DNA of 64,000 bases. It comes from an uncultured Verrucomicrobiae bacterium (GTDB lineage: Bacteria; Verrucomicrobiota; Verrucomicrobiia; Palsa-1439). The DNA lies in NCBI GenBank assembly GCA_963842185.1, contig CAWJFL010000018.1, positions 1,262 to 65,261 on the forward strand, in the 5' to 3' direction. Positions 10,128 to 21,523 of the stretch are shown one piece after another (the stretch's first letter is position 1; each line of letters begins with the position of its first letter). The translations under genes and the position numbers were made by a program. The notes below the pieces were generated by a model, which saw nothing but the letters and a program-made list of their open reading frames with translations, made no database searches and was not told the DNA's origin.

Positions 10128-11389
10128 GAGAACCGAATCCGCGCTGACGCCACGTGCGCGTCCAGGCCCTCGACGCTCCCAAACGCCTCAAGTGCCGGCA
10201 ACGATTTGTCGAGCGCCTTCCGCGACAGTTCCACCACGCTGGTGCGCCGCTGGAATTGATCGACGGTCAGTCCGGCGAACATCGTCCCGGCCCCGCCTGT
10301 CGGCAATTCGTGACTGGGGCCCGCGATATAGTCGCCCACGACGGTGGGCGTCCACGGTCCGAGAAAGATCGCGCCGGCCGTTTTGATTTGTCGAACCACT
10401 TTGGAATTGTTCTTCGTCATCAACTCACAGTGCTCGGGAGCAAACTGGTTGGTGATATCGATGGCCTGCTTGATGTCTTTGGCCAAAACGCAGACGCCGT
10501 TCTTGCGAAGCACATGCTCAACAAATGTGCGGCGTCTCAACCCACCAAACTGTTTCGCGATCTCAGTCTGCGTTACTTCCAATACTCTCTCGGAAGTCGT
10601 GACCAGCCACAAGCGTTCAAAACCGCTGCCATGCTCTGCTTGCGCCAGTATATCCGCGGCAATAAGACAGGGTTTGGCTGTGTCATCCGCGATCACCAGT
10701 AACTCGCTTGGCCCCGCGAGCAGATCGATGCCGACATGACCGAAAAGCAGTTTCTTCGCGGCGGTTACATAAGCGTTGCCCGGGCCGAAAATCTTCACGA
10801 CCCGCTTGATGGAAGGGGTTCCCAAGGCCATCGCCGCGATCGCTTGTGCTCCACCAACTTGATAGATCTCGGTTGCTCCCGCCACATGCGCGGCGTACAG
10901 CAGTGCCGGATCGATTGGAGGCGGTGAACACACCACTATTTCCGGACAGCCTGCCACTTTTGCCAAAGTCACCGTCATCAACACTGTCGAAACCAGGGGC
11001 GCGGTTCCACCGGGCACATAGATGCCGACGCGTTGAAGCGGATCGAACTTTTCTCCGACTCGTCCCCCCTGCGCATTACGCATCGACCAATCCTTGCGCA
11101 AGGATTGCTTGGCAAAAGCCGCGACATTCTTGTGCGAAGCCGCGATTGCCCGCGCCAGCTTCGATTCCGGCTTAGATGGCTTGCTGCTGATATGAAACTC
11201 CGACGGTTTCAGTTGCACACGATCAAAGCTCTTAGTGAAACGCACCAGCGCGTCGTCGCCCCCCTCCCGCACGTCATCGATAAGTTTGCGCACATAATTT
11301 TCCATTTTCGGAACAAAAAGGCTCGATGCGGCGCATGCCTCGGCGATGGCGCGCGCGAAATCCGGTTGGTCGTACCGCAGGGTCTTCAT
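10124..11389 (-). CDS. hisD: Histidinol dehydrogenase
   Basis: GIYVPGG, GPGNAYV, AGPSE, QAEH, APEH, GDYIAGPSHELPT. Confidence 0.96.
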   Translation of the reverse strand: MKTLRYDQPDFARAIAEACAASSLFVPKMENYVRKLIDDVREGGDDALVRFTKSFDRVQLKPSEFHISSKPSKPESKLARAIAASHKNVAAFAKQSLRKDWSMRNAQGGRVGEKFDPLQRVGIYVPGGTAPLVSTVLMTVTLAKVAGCPEIVVCSPPPIDPALLYAAHVAGATEIYQVGGAQAIAAMALGTPSIKRVVKIFGPGNAYVTAAKKLLFGHVGIDLLAGPSELLVIADDTAKPCLIAADILAQAEHGSGFERLWLVTTSERVLEVTQTEIAKQFGGLRRRTFVEHVLRKNGVCVLAKDIKQAIDITNQFAPEHCELMTKNNSKVVRQIKTAGAIFLGPWTPTVVGDYIAGPSHELPTGGAGTMFAGLTVDQFQRRTSVVELSRKALDKSLPALEAFGSVEGLDAHVASARIRFS

Positions 11390-11574
11390 GCAGCGAGGAT
11401 GTTACTCGACGGTGAGGTACAGGGCAAGCACCCCAGATGCAATTCGCACTTCGCGTCTCGCGATCAACATGCTATCTGCTGGCCCCGATGAAACTCGCGA
11501 CCGCCCCTCCTCGCGCCCTCATTCATACAAACCGGCGGGAACCAAGACAATCCTCAGGGAAGCAAGAAACCGGG

Positions 11575-11604
11575 AAAAAAAGACTGGCCGGAGCCGGGCC
11601 TCTT
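11575..11604 (-). terminator. Possible intrinsic terminator of the TPR-exbB-exbD-tonB operon
   Basis: Imperfect GC stem followed on the minus strand by a T run, right after the stop at 11604. Confidence 0.4.
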
Positions 11605-12413
11605 CAATGCTGTGACGCCGCCGTGTCGCTATTGGTCACCGACGGCGGTTGAGTCGCCCAGAGAAACCGCAAGATACCCCATGTCAGCGGGGGCGTGCTG
11701 CTGACGTGTTCCGCTTCGAAACGAAATTGCCGCACAATGTCCAGGGCCTGGGTGTCCACACCATCATCCCCGCTGGATCGATCCAGCAGAGCGTAGAGGA
11801 CCAGACCGTCCGGGTTTACACCCACGCGAATCTGGGTGGGCGTAAGCGGCGCGGAGCTGTTAATCGTCGGCAGGGATGGTACAGACGCGACACTTCGATT
11901 CTCCAGCGCCCCGAGGACGCGGTAGACAGATCGATTGATTGAGATCGGCGCTTCGGGCTGTTCGCTGTCGTTCGACTCTTCGGAAAGCGCCGGGGTTTTC
12001 TCGGCCGCGGATAGTACCGCCGCATCTACCGGCACCGGCTGCAGGAGCGGCGGTGGCACACCGGGAGCCGTGACACCAAGAAACGCCGGCTGTTCGTTCC
12101 AACCCAAATCGCGTTGGCTGGCCTCAATTTTTCGTGACCATAAGTGCTTGGAAAAACCATGTGCACTGGGCAATGACATCAGGCTCGGGTCGAACACGTC
12201 GGCAACGACGTACGCAGGGTCCTGCGCCAACAATGGGGCCTGACGGGGCGTCGGCATGAAATTGATACGGGGAACTTCCCGAGGGGCTGCGGTAAGGGAA
12301 ACGCCTGAAACCCGGAAGAAAAGAAACATCGATCCAAACGCCACGATGGACCCGGCCAGAATCCACAGCATCAGTTGCCCTTGCGCGAAGGACAGCTTGG
12401 GGACGCGCCTCAT
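11604..12413 (-). CDS. TonB-like energy transducer
   Basis: N-terminal TM helix, Pro-rich linker and a TonB_C-like end (VGVNPDGLV..RSSGDDGVDTQALDIVRQFRF). Follows exbBD. Confidence 0.7.
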   Translation of the reverse strand: MRRVPKLSFAQGQLMLWILAGSIVAFGSMFLFFRVSGVSLTAAPREVPRINFMPTPRQAPLLAQDPAYVVADVFDPSLMSLPSAHGFSKHLWSRKIEASQRDLGWNEQPAFLGVTAPGVPPPLLQPVPVDAAVLSAAEKTPALSEESNDSEQPEAPISINRSVYRVLGALENRSVASVPSLPTINSSAPLTPTQIRVGVNPDGLVLYALLDRSSGDDGVDTQALDIVRQFRFEAEHVSSTPPLTWGILRFLWATQPPSVTNSDTAASQH

Positions 12414-12419
12414 GGCAAC

Positions 12420-12848
12420 TTAGTTCGCCGGCGCCGCCGCAGGCCCCTCCGGCCGTGCAGCCATATTGACCGTCGTAATGCCGGCCCGGTTCGCGGCGCT
12501 CATGATTTCAGTCTCGGTTCCAATGGAGACTTGCTTATCGGCTCGAATGATCAGCTCGCGCGCCCGCGTTCGTTGGACGGCCTCCCGCAACGTCTGCTCC
12601 AGCTTGTCAATGGGAACGGGTTGATCGTTAAAGAAGAGCAGATCGTCCCGGGCCGCGGTGACGACGAGCGTTTGAAAATTGCCGGTCAACGGCGTACTCC
12701 CCGCCCCGGGCAGGGATACGCCAAAGCCCGACTGCATGACCAGAGACGAGTTGAGGATAAAGAACAGCAGGAGCAAAAACACCACGTTCACCAATGGGGC
12801 TGGATCTACCATCCCCTTGGACATCTGGCAGTGCGTCTTGAACGTCAT
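12420..12848 (-). CDS. exbD: Biopolymer transporter ExbD/TolR
   Basis: PAPLVNVVFLLLLFF TM (Asn where Asp is usual) and IIRADK motif. Confidence 0.85.
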   Translation of the reverse strand: MTFKTHCQMSKGMVDPAPLVNVVFLLLLFFILNSSLVMQSGFGVSLPGAGSTPLTGNFQTLVVTAARDDLLFFNDQPVPIDKLEQTLREAVQRTRARELIIRADKQVSIGTETEIMSAANRAGITTVNMAARPEGPAAAPAN

Positions 12849-13489
12849 CGCATCTCCACCACTTTCGCCGACTGCTCGCCGCCTTCTTCCTTGCGGGCCA
12901 GATACTGGACCGTCTCATTGGCGGCTTTCTCCATATCGAGCACCAGATTCTGCACACGACTGACAAGATAGTTATACGCAATGTAACTGGGAATCGCCAC
13001 GACCAGCCCGCCGGCCGTTGTCAGCAACGCCTGCCAGACGCCACCGGCGAGTTGTCCGGCGGTCGTCGCCTGCGTTATCTCAATCACCATGAACACCCGA
13101 ATCATGCCCCACACCGTGCCGAGAAAACCGATCAACGGCGCAACCTGGGCAATGGTCACCAGAATGGGGAGGTTGCGCTCCAAGCGCGTCACTTCCGTGC
13201 GCGCGGTGTCTTGAACGGCTTCGCGAATCTCATCGCGTGATCGGTCGTGGTTGAGCACCGCCGCCATGACCACCTGTGCCACCGGCCCGGCGGTGTCCCG
13301 GCAGGTGTCGATGGCCTCTTTGACATTGCCGCGCTTCAGGGAATTCAGGATCCCCTTTACGAAGTCATCGGTGTGAATTTGCGCGCGGTGGTAATGGAAC
13401 AGCCGCTCGCAAAACACCGCAATCGCCAGGATGGCGCTGATGAGGATGAACCACATCAACGGACCGCCTTTTGCCATGATCGTCAGCAT
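12845..13489 (-). CDS. exbB: MotA/TolQ/ExbB proton channel
   Basis: APLIGFLGTVWGMI and ALLTTAGGLVVAIP motifs. Confidence 0.92.
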   Translation of the reverse strand: MLTIMAKGGPLMWFILISAILAIAVFCERLFHYHRAQIHTDDFVKGILNSLKRGNVKEAIDTCRDTAGPVAQVVMAAVLNHDRSRDEIREAVQDTARTEVTRLERNLPILVTIAQVAPLIGFLGTVWGMIRVFMVIEITQATTAGQLAGGVWQALLTTAGGLVVAIPSYIAYNYLVSRVQNLVLDMEKAANETVQYLARKEEGGEQSAKVVEMR

Positions 13490-13552
13490 ATCTTTCCTTT
13501 GCTTACCTCAGTAATGCCACAGTTTCAACGATAAACCGAGCAAGTTGCGTGC

Positions 13553-16066
13553 TCAGAACAGAATCAGATGCTCGACGCGCAGCTTGCGAACGCTTTCCTC
13601 GATAGACGGTTTCATGTCGGGACACAGATCCGCGAGTTTCTGATAGAGAATAATGGCATCGCGCCACTGTTGCCGCTGCTCCTTGATTCCACCAGCGGCC
13701 AGACCCGCCTTGCACATCCAGAAACGCTCGGGCGGCGCGTTCGGATCCGGCGCGACCGCTTGCTCATACACCGCCTTACTGTACCACTCGAACGCATCCT
13801 CAAGTTTCGCCGCTTTTTCGAAAGACCGGCCGATTTTGTAGTACAACTGGTTGCGCAGCGCCGGGTCGCCCTCCCGCGCCGTGTCCAGGGCCCGGCGATA
13901 ACTCGGAATGGCTTCGTCAAACCGGCCCAGTGTGAATTGCATGTCCCCTTTGCGCCCATACGCCTCGGACAGGAGATAGCAGTCGGGAAAATCCTTGGTC
14001 AACGCATCGAATACAACCAGCGCGTCGCCAAACTTGTTGAGGTCGCTCAGCGCATCGCCTTCCCCGAACCGGGCGTCGCAGCGCCACCCGGAGCTGGGAA
14101 AGTTCTTGATCAGCGCCGCGTACAAATCAATGGCCGTCGTGTAATCCTGGCGCAGATAGGCGGCGCGTCCGGCCATGTACTGTCCGCTGTCGGCCCACTT
14201 GCTGGTCGCGTAGTTCTTGACGAGGAATTGGAATTGTTCCTGCGCCTTGATGTAGTCCTTTTGCTTCATGTAGTAGTTTGCCACCCAAAACTCGACGTCC
14301 GGCGCGAGCACGGATTCGGGATATTTCTTCAGGAAATCAGTAAAATCCGCAAGCGTCTTCTCCGGTTGCCCCTTCTGCGCGTAGCACCAGCCCCGATTGT
14401 AAAACGCGCGCTGGCCCAACTCGGTATCGGGCGCCGTAGCGATGAGCTTCTCGAATTCGACCGCCGCGTCGTCGTATTTGCCCTCGCGTTGGAACGATTC
14501 GCCGACGGCCAGACCGGCCTTGGCCGCCCATTCACTCTGCGGATAGTTCGCCACCACCACTCCAAATGCGGCTCGCGCATCCGGTTCCTTGCCCAAGCCG
14601 CCGTCGATCACCCCGATGCTAAACTGCGATTCGGCCGCGTGCGCGCTGTTGGGGAACTGTTGGACGAGCGACTCGAACACATGGATAGCCGCCTCACCGT
14701 TATGCGTGCGTTGGTACGACTGACCGAGTTGGAACATGGCGCGGTCGAGAAGCTTGGTATCGGGGTACGTGCTGATCAGCCGCTGGTAATCGGAAATCGC
14801 ATCCGTGTACTGGCCGAGAGCGAATTCGGCGTCGCCCGACTTGAACAGCGCCTCGGCCGCAATGGCCGGATCCGTGGCGAGCGCGGTTGCCTGGTGGAAA
14901 TACGGAAGCGCGTCGGACATCTTGTCGAGCTTCCACGCGCACCAACCCGCATTGAGATTGGCTTTGGCCACCAGCGTGCTCTGCGGATATTTGTCGATCA
15001 AGTTGGCATATTCCGGCAAGGCATTGGTGAAGTCGTTGCTGGCGAACAACAGATCTCCAATCGTCATCTGGATTTCGTCAGCCAGCGGGTCGTTCGGCGT
15101 GGATTGAAGGTACGCCTTCAATTTCGCCACGCCATCGGCCAGTTGTCCAGCCCGGACGTAGGATTCGCCCAGCTTGAGCATCGCCTCACGCTTCAGGCCA
15201 CGATCCTGCGCGAGCGCCAGCGCCTGGGAAAACGATTGGGCGGCATCGTTGAATTTCTGCTGACCCCAATACACCCAGCCTTCGCCGCGCCAGGCCTTGG
15301 CGGCCAGTTCGCCCGTCACGGGTTTGTTGGGGCTGGACTTGTAGGAATCGATGACCGCCCCGTAGCGCTTCAGTGCTTCGCCGGCCTGCTTCCGTTGCGA
15401 GAGTGATTCGCCCAACCAGATGTCGGCGCGAAACGCCGCGCGTGTATTCGGATACTTGTTGACGACGCTGGCGAGTACGGTTTCCGCCTTGTCAAACTGC
15501 TGGAGCGCGAGATGGATCTGACCGCGGAGGAGTTCCCCTTCCTGCGCGAGATCCGGCTTCGGGCCGAGCTTGTCGAACTCATCCAGCGCCTGCATCGCCG
15601 GCTTGAAATGACCAAGCTTGAACCGCGCGAATGCGAGGCCGTAGAACGCCTGGGGTCGATAGGCGCTGTGGGGATACTTTTCGATGACCTCCGAATACCG
15701 CTGCACGGCCTCGATGTAGCGTTCGCCGCGCGACAGCGCTTCCGCCAGCCAGAACCGAAAACCGTCCGGACGTTTTTCGGTGGGCCACTTGGCCAATGCG
15801 TCCTCCAGTGTCTTGACCGCAGCTTCCCATCTCCCCTGATTCAACTGCGCCTGGGCCAGGTCCAACACGACGCCATCGGCGCGATCCGAATCGGGGAATT
15901 GGGCCAGATACTCGGCAAATTGTCGTTCGGCGAGATCGTTGAGTCCGTCTTTGAACGCGGCTTCCGCGACGCGGTACATCCGCGTCTCGTCCGGCGTCGC
16001 CGCCGCGACGCGAAACACCGCGCCGCAGGACAACAACACCGCCAGAATGATGTACCCCCTCCTCAT
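13553..16066 (-). CDS. Secreted multi-TPR protein (YbgF/BamD-like repeats)
   Basis: Signal peptide followed by many TPRs ending in ...YPxS. First gene of the exb operon. Confidence 0.88.
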   Translation of the reverse strand: MRRGYIILAVLLSCGAVFRVAAATPDETRMYRVAEAAFKDGLNDLAERQFAEYLAQFPDSDRADGVVLDLAQAQLNQGRWEAAVKTLEDALAKWPTEKRPDGFRFWLAEALSRGERYIEAVQRYSEVIEKYPHSAYRPQAFYGLAFARFKLGHFKPAMQALDEFDKLGPKPDLAQEGELLRGQIHLALQQFDKAETVLASVVNKYPNTRAAFRADIWLGESLSQRKQAGEALKRYGAVIDSYKSSPNKPVTGELAAKAWRGEGWVYWGQQKFNDAAQSFSQALALAQDRGLKREAMLKLGESYVRAGQLADGVAKLKAYLQSTPNDPLADEIQMTIGDLLFASNDFTNALPEYANLIDKYPQSTLVAKANLNAGWCAWKLDKMSDALPYFHQATALATDPAIAAEALFKSGDAEFALGQYTDAISDYQRLISTYPDTKLLDRAMFQLGQSYQRTHNGEAAIHVFESLVQQFPNSAHAAESQFSIGVIDGGLGKEPDARAAFGVVVANYPQSEWAAKAGLAVGESFQREGKYDDAAVEFEKLIATAPDTELGQRAFYNRGWCYAQKGQPEKTLADFTDFLKKYPESVLAPDVEFWVANYYMKQKDYIKAQEQFQFLVKNYATSKWADSGQYMAGRAAYLRQDYTTAIDLYAALIKNFPSSGWRCDARFGEGDALSDLNKFGDALVVFDALTKDFPDCYLLSEAYGRKGDMQFTLGRFDEAIPSYRRALDTAREGDPALRNQLYYKIGRSFEKAAKLEDAFEWYSKAVYEQAVAPDPNAPPERFWMCKAGLAAGGIKEQRQQWRDAIILYQKLADLCPDMKPSIEESVRKLRVEHLILF

Positions 16067-16497
16067 GCCACTCCTTGGACTCCAGTTATGGCAGAATGTT
16101 CACCCCGCCGCAAGAATGGAAGTCAGCATCCGAACAAAAGACGATCCTCCTTGTCATGCCGCGCTGCTACCCTGAATTAAACACCAGCGACCGCCTCCGG
16201 TTGCGTCGTCTCCCCGTCAACCATCTTCCTGCTTGCCCTGAGCTTTATCCGGCGCACACGGACCGTCGAATGGGCTCCGACGCCATGGCGGAAACAGCGC
16301 GCGGCGCGGTGAGCGGCAAGGGCCCGGAGGCGAACCCGGAGTCTATTCCCCGTACGACTTAACGTGCTCTGTCACGCCTGCTAACAGCTTCTCCCTCGAA
16401 ACCTAGACTTGTCGAGCGCCCCCGGACCAGTTAGAGTACTTGACCTGCAGACGAGGCTATCGTCAACCCATACGATGAAGAAGTAGATCTGTCGAAG

Positions 16498-17001
16498 ATG
16501 CCTGCTTTACCTCACAACTTTCCCACACTTCGACATGAAAATGCCGGAGACCAGCGAACTTCTCTGCTGACCATCGGCGCAGGTATGTCACGCGACACCG
16601 TTCCGATGCACGGCCAGTTGTTCGCTGACAAAAGGCTTACGGCGGAGAACTCCTTGCACTGCACGACAACGCCAGCGGCAGACGATCTTTACAAGTGGGC
16701 GGACGAGATCGTGACTCAGCGAAGAGCGCAAGGGGATCGCAACCCAAAGCTTTCACTCGCGAAGTCCATTGGTCTTATCGACGACCTCTGTTGGAGGGGC
16801 AGCGTATCCACCGTGCGGAACACACCACGGCACCGCGTAATCGCGCGATTTGCCCGCGAGAGCCTATGGGAACAAATATGGTCATTGAACTGGGACTGCG
16901 TACAGGAGAGCGCGCTGGAAAACGTCGGCATCACTCAAGGCATAGAGCCAGCACTCGACTCCCCTCCGCCCTATGCTAAAAATTTAGCCCCCCCACGCTG
17001 A
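16498..17001 (+). pseudogene. Truncated SIR2-like (SIR2_2) domain protein
   Basis: LLTIGAGMS and IWSLNWDCVQESAL match the GAGxS and (T/S)xNxD sirtuin motifs. The ORF ends before the expected KxHG motif, just upstream of IS630. Confidence 0.6.
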
Positions 17002-17012
17002 ACCCGACCCGT

Positions 17013-18016
17013 TAGAGCGGTTTAAATAAAACTGTAGCCACAACGCTTGGTCCCTGGTAGGGTGCGTTCATGCGAACCCTATCACTGGATCTGCGGGAAC
17101 GGATCTTGGCGTCTTACGACCACGGCGAGGGCACCCGCGACAAGGTTGCGGCTCGCTACCAGGTTTCGCTCGGGATGGTCAAGAAACTCTTGCAGCAGCG
17201 TCGGCGCACCGGCCAGATCGGCCCGCGCCACCATTTCTCGGGACGCAAGCCGATGATTCTGGACATCCATCATCGCCAGTTGCGAGCGCTGCTGAGCCAC
17301 AAGCCGGACCTGACCTTGCGCGAGCTGCGCCAGGCCGTGGCCCTGAAGTGCTCACTGCCGGCCATCCACTACGCCTTGGCGAAGATGGGGCTGACATATA
17401 AAAAAAGACGCTCCGCGCCAGCGAGCAAGACCGCCTGGATATCGCCCGCGCGCGCCGCACGTGGCGGCGCTACCAAACGGGCTTCGATCCCGCCAAGTTG
17501 ATCTTCCTTGACGAGTCGGGTGCCACGACCAACCTGACCCGCTTGTGCGGCCGTGCGCCGCGGGGTCTGCGCGTCCACGCCAGCGCTCCCCAAGGTCATT
17601 GGCAAACCACCACCCTGATCGGGGCGTTGCGACTGGATGGCTCAACCGCCTGCATGGCAATCGAGGGAACCGCCGATACGGAGGTGTTTCGGGCCTATGT
17701 CCGCCACGTCCTGTGCCCCACGCTGCACCCGGGCGACGTGGTGATCTTGGACAACCTCGCCCCGCACAAGAGCCAGCCGACCCTCTCTTTGATCGAAGCG
17801 GCGGGCGCCGCGATTCGTTTTCTGCCGGCCTACTCGCCGGACCTCAACCCGATCGAGAAACTGTGGAGCAAAGTCAAAGCCAGCCTGCGGACAGCCGAAG
17901 CACGAACGCAGCCAACGCTGGTTCAAGCGATGGCGGTCGCTTTGGAGGGCGTGACACGCCAAGATGCCAGGAATTGGTTTGCCTCGTGTGGCTACAGTTT
18001 TATTTAAACCGCTCTA
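17013..18016 (+). mobile_element. IS630-family insertion sequence
   Basis: Perfect 30-bp inverted termini, TA included: tagagcggtttaaataaaactgtagccaca (17013-17042) and its complement (17987-18016). Confidence 0.95.
17070..18007 (+). CDS. IS630 transposase (two frames joined by a -1 shift at AAAAAAAG near 17400)
   Basis: HTH ORF 17070-17501. The -1 frame gives KKTLRASEQDR..LIFLDESG..LDNLAPHK..YSPDLNPIE (DDE). Confidence 0.92.
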
Positions 18017-18113
18017 GCCACGTTAGCCGACCGGCTTCACCCAAGCACAACCATTCTTGGGGCCGAACGGGCGACTGGACTTGGAGCTATCCGCCGGCGG
18101 AGTCGAAAAACAA

Positions 18114-20981
18114 CTAGGCCGGGGCGAATTCTCGTGCCAGTAACTTCTTGAGAAACTCCCCCGTGTATGACTGCTTGCTCTGGGCCACCTGCTCGGGCGT
18201 CCCTTCCGCGACCACGCGACCGCCCGCGTCACCGCCTTCAGGGCCGAGATCGATGATCCAGTCGGCAGATTTGACGACGTCGAGGTTGTGTTCGATGACG
18301 AGGACGGTATTGCCGGCGTCACGGAGTTTGTTGAGCACTTCAAGCAGCTTGGCGATGTCGGCGAAATGCAGGCCGGTGGTCGGTTCATCGAGAATATACA
18401 ACGTGCGGCCGGTGGCTTTCTTGGCCAATTCCGTGGACAGCTTCACCCGTTGCGCTTCGCCGCCGCTGAGCGTGGTCGCTTGCTGGCCAATCTTGAGATA
18501 TCCGAGCCCCACTTCCTGAAGCGTCTGAAGAATGTCGCGAATCTTCGGCACCGCGCGGAAGAATTCCTCGGCTTCGTCAACGGTCAGGTCGAGAACATCG
18601 GCGATGTTGCGGCCCTTGTACGTAATCTCGAGCGTCTCGCGGCTGTAGCGTTTGCCGCCGCACTGTTCGCAGGTGACATACACATCCGGCAGGAAGTGCA
18701 TTTCAATCTTGATGATGCCGTCGCCCTGGCAGGTCTCGCAACGCCCGCCTTTCACATTGAAACTGAATCGGCCCGGGCCGTAGCCGCGGACGCGAGCGTT
18801 CGGCAGTTGCGCGAACAGCGTGCGGATGTGGTTGAACGCGCCCGTGTACGTGGCGGGATTCGAGCGCGGAGTGCGACCGATGGGCGATTGGTCGATGACG
18901 ATGACTTTGTCGAGTTCTTCCAGGCCGACAATCGCCTCGTGCGCGCCGGGCCGGTCCTTGGCCCGATAGAATTTTCGGAACAACGCCTTCCGCAGAATGT
19001 CGTCCACCAGCGTGCTTTTGCCCGAACCGCTCACGCCGGTCACGCACGTGAACAACCCGAGCGGAAATCGCGCGTCGATCTTCTTGAGGTTGTTCTCGCG
19101 CGCGCCGCGAACGGTCAGCCAGCCGCGCTTCGGCGCGTGGCGCGTCTTCGGCACGGGTATCTGCAGTTCGCCCCGCAGGTAACGGCCCGTGAGTGACTTC
19201 GGCGAGTCGAGAATGGTCTGGAGCGGACCCGCGGCCACGAGATAGCCGCCGTGCAATCCCGCCCCAGGACCGAGATCGACGATATAATCCGCCGCGCGAA
19301 TCGTGTCTTCATCGTGCTCGACGACAATCACCGTGTTGCCGAGGTCGCGCAACCCTTTCAGCGTATCGAGCAGGCGATGGTTGTCGCGCTGATGCAGCCC
19401 AATGCTCGGTTCGTCGAGCACATACAACACGCCGACCAGACCCGCGCCGACTTGCGTGGCCAGCCGAATCCGTTGCGCCTCGCCACCCGACAGCGTATCG
19501 CTCTGGCGGTCAAGCGTGAGGTACGACAAACCGACGTTTTGCAGGAACGTCAACCGCGAGCGCACTTCCTTCACGATTTCGCCCGCGACAGTTTCTTCAA
19601 ATTCCGACAACGCCAGCGATCCGAGGAAGACCAGGGCTTCCTCAATGCTCATGCGCGTCATGTCGATGATGGATTTGCCGCTGACCGTGACCGCCAGGCT
19701 CTCCGGGCGCAGCCGCGCCCCCTTGCAGTCGGGACACTGCATCCCGACCATGAATTGTTGCAGGCGGACCTTGGTAAACTCGCTATCGGTCTCTTCGTAC
19801 AGCCGCTCCAGATTCGGGACGACGCCCTCGAACACCTTGGTCATCTTGCGCCACGCGCCCTTGCGCCAGTATGTAAACTCGATTTCCTCGCCGCCAGACC
19901 CGTGAAGTAATTCCTTCTGCACCTTTTCCGGCAAATCCTTGAACGGTACCTCGAAATCCACGCCATAATGCTTCGCGAGGCCCCGCAGGAGCATCTTGTA
20001 ATAGATCAGCAAACGCCGACCGCCGCGCCGCCACGCCAGGATGGCGCCATTGGCCACGGACTTGTTGCGGTCGGGTACGACCAGATCGGGATCAAAGAAC
20101 AGCTTGGTCCCGAGCCCGTGGCAGGTCCGGCACGCGCCGTCGGGCGAGTTGAATGAGAAATGGCGCGGCGTGAATTCCCCGTAACTGATCCCACACTCGG
20201 GACAGGCGTTCTGGCTGCTGAAGAGCCGCTCCGACCACGGCACGGTCACGGGCGTCGTCGCCGTGCGGTACAGCACCATCAACAGACCCGAGCCCCATTT
20301 CAGCGTCGTCTCCACGGAGTCCGCAAGGCGCGCCCGCGTTTTGGGGGCGGCGATCAGGCGGTCAACGACCAACTCGATGCTGTGGTTGCGGCGCTTGTCG
20401 AGTTTGACCGGCTCGGTCACGTCGACAATCTCACCGTCGACCCGCGCCCGCACGAACCCCTCGCGTTTGATGCGGGCGAACACATCGCGAAACTCGCCTT
20501 TGCGTCCGCGGATGAGCGGGGCAAGGAGCATGAGCTGCGCGCCCTCGCCCAACCCGAGGATTTGGTCGACAATCTGGCTGGTGGTCTGGGTGGTGATCGG
20601 CCGCCCGCAGCGGTAGCAGTGGGGCTTGCCGATGTTGGCAAAGAGCAACCGCAAATACTCGTAGATCTCGGTGGTGGTGGCGATGGTCGATCGCGGATTG
20701 TTGCCGGCAAATCGCTGCTCGATGGCGATGGCGGGAGACAGGCCCTCGATGTAATCGACGTCGGGCTTCTGGAGTTGCTCCAGGAACTGGCGGGCGTAGG
20801 CGGAGAGGCTTTCGACGTATTTTCGCTGGCCTTCGGCGTAAATCGTGTCAAAAGCGAGACTGGACTTCCCGGACCCACTCAACCCCGTTACCACAATCAA
20901 CTTCTCACGGGGGAGATTGAGATGGATGTTCTTAAGGTTGTGCTCGCGCGCACCGGCAATAATGATGGTGTCTTTGGACAT
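18114..20981 (-). CDS. uvrA: Excinuclease ABC subunit A
   Basis: GAREHNLK, two Walker A motifs, zinc fingers, LSGGEAQR twice. Confidence 0.98.
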   Translation of the reverse strand: MSKDTIIIAGAREHNLKNIHLNLPREKLIVVTGLSGSGKSSLAFDTIYAEGQRKYVESLSAYARQFLEQLQKPDVDYIEGLSPAIAIEQRFAGNNPRSTIATTTEIYEYLRLLFANIGKPHCYRCGRPITTQTTSQIVDQILGLGEGAQLMLLAPLIRGRKGEFRDVFARIKREGFVRARVDGEIVDVTEPVKLDKRRNHSIELVVDRLIAAPKTRARLADSVETTLKWGSGLLMVLYRTATTPVTVPWSERLFSSQNACPECGISYGEFTPRHFSFNSPDGACRTCHGLGTKLFFDPDLVVPDRNKSVANGAILAWRRGGRRLLIYYKMLLRGLAKHYGVDFEVPFKDLPEKVQKELLHGSGGEEIEFTYWRKGAWRKMTKVFEGVVPNLERLYEETDSEFTKVRLQQFMVGMQCPDCKGARLRPESLAVTVSGKSIIDMTRMSIEEALVFLGSLALSEFEETVAGEIVKEVRSRLTFLQNVGLSYLTLDRQSDTLSGGEAQRIRLATQVGAGLVGVLYVLDEPSIGLHQRDNHRLLDTLKGLRDLGNTVIVVEHDEDTIRAADYIVDLGPGAGLHGGYLVAAGPLQTILDSPKSLTGRYLRGELQIPVPKTRHAPKRGWLTVRGARENNLKKIDARFPLGLFTCVTGVSGSGKSTLVDDILRKALFRKFYRAKDRPGAHEAIVGLEELDKVIVIDQSPIGRTPRSNPATYTGAFNHIRTLFAQLPNARVRGYGPGRFSFNVKGGRCETCQGDGIIKIEMHFLPDVYVTCEQCGGKRYSRETLEITYKGRNIADVLDLTVDEAEEFFRAVPKIRDILQTLQEVGLGYLKIGQQATTLSGGEAQRVKLSTELAKKATGRTLYILDEPTTGLHFADIAKLLEVLNKLRDAGNTVLVIEHNLDVVKSADWIIDLGPEGGDAGGRVVAEGTPEQVAQSKQSYTGEFLKKLLAREFAPA

Positions 20982-21071
20982 GGCCTAAACCCCCGAAATC
21001 TGGAGGTTCTCAAAGTTTCTACTATACCACGGGGAATTCCCCTATCCTAGCGAAATCCCGCCGAAACTCGC

Positions 21072-21087
21072 TGGCATATCACCTGCT
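21072..21087 (+). promoter_or_regulatory. Sigma-54 (-24/-12) promoter
   Basis: TGGCATATCACCTGCT (GG-N10-GC), about 65 bp upstream of the ORF at 21153. Confidence 0.65.
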
Positions 21088-21152
21088 CAAGGTATGGGTG
21101 TCGTGGTTTACGCCACGCAAGAAAACAATGAACCCAAGGGAAATAGGGAACC

Positions 21153-21476
21153 ATGGATGCCTCGGCAGCAGAATTTGAACAAGGTGTCATGAAGCAAAAC
21201 GATAAACAGTCGGAACAGTTGCAAAAGCAGATGGAAGCGCTGTACCAGAACCTGCGCACGGTCCGCCACGCCATCAACAACAACGTCGCCGTCATCATGG
21301 CGATGGCTGAATTGACCCAGCGCAACCCGGCCCAGTGCCAAAAACTCAGCCAGCTCTGCCTCGAAAAGGCCCCCCAGATCGCGGCGACCATCGGTGGCTT
21401 CACCGAGCTGTTTGAGGGCGCCGTCAACCTGCAGGAAGAACTGGAACACCAGGTCCCTGCCCAGACGAACTCGTAG
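21153..21476 (+). CDS. Small stand-alone HisKA/DHp-like protein
   Basis: LRTVRHAINNNVAVIMAMAEL resembles an H-box helix. No ATPase domain. Confidence 0.6.
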   Translation: MDASAAEFEQGVMKQNDKQSEQLQKQMEALYQNLRTVRHAINNNVAVIMAMAELTQRNPAQCQKLSQLCLEKAPQIAATIGGFTELFEGAVNLQEELEHQVPAQTNS

Positions 21477-21523
21477 CCGTTGCTGTCGATTACCGCGCGA
21501 CCGCCGGCGGACGCGCCGGCGGG

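Noticed and set aside
13568-15406. 612-aa plus-strand ORF and similar long antisense ORFs (41360-42817, 57206-58525, 21047-22354, 53711-54736)
   Set aside because: They are shadow frames of real GC-rich genes and carry no recognisable motifs.
16185-16365. GC-rich intergenic stretch with some self-complementarity (possible 6S or SRP-like RNA)
   Set aside because: No diagnostic conserved motif could be matched by eye. An Infernal/Rfam search would be needed.
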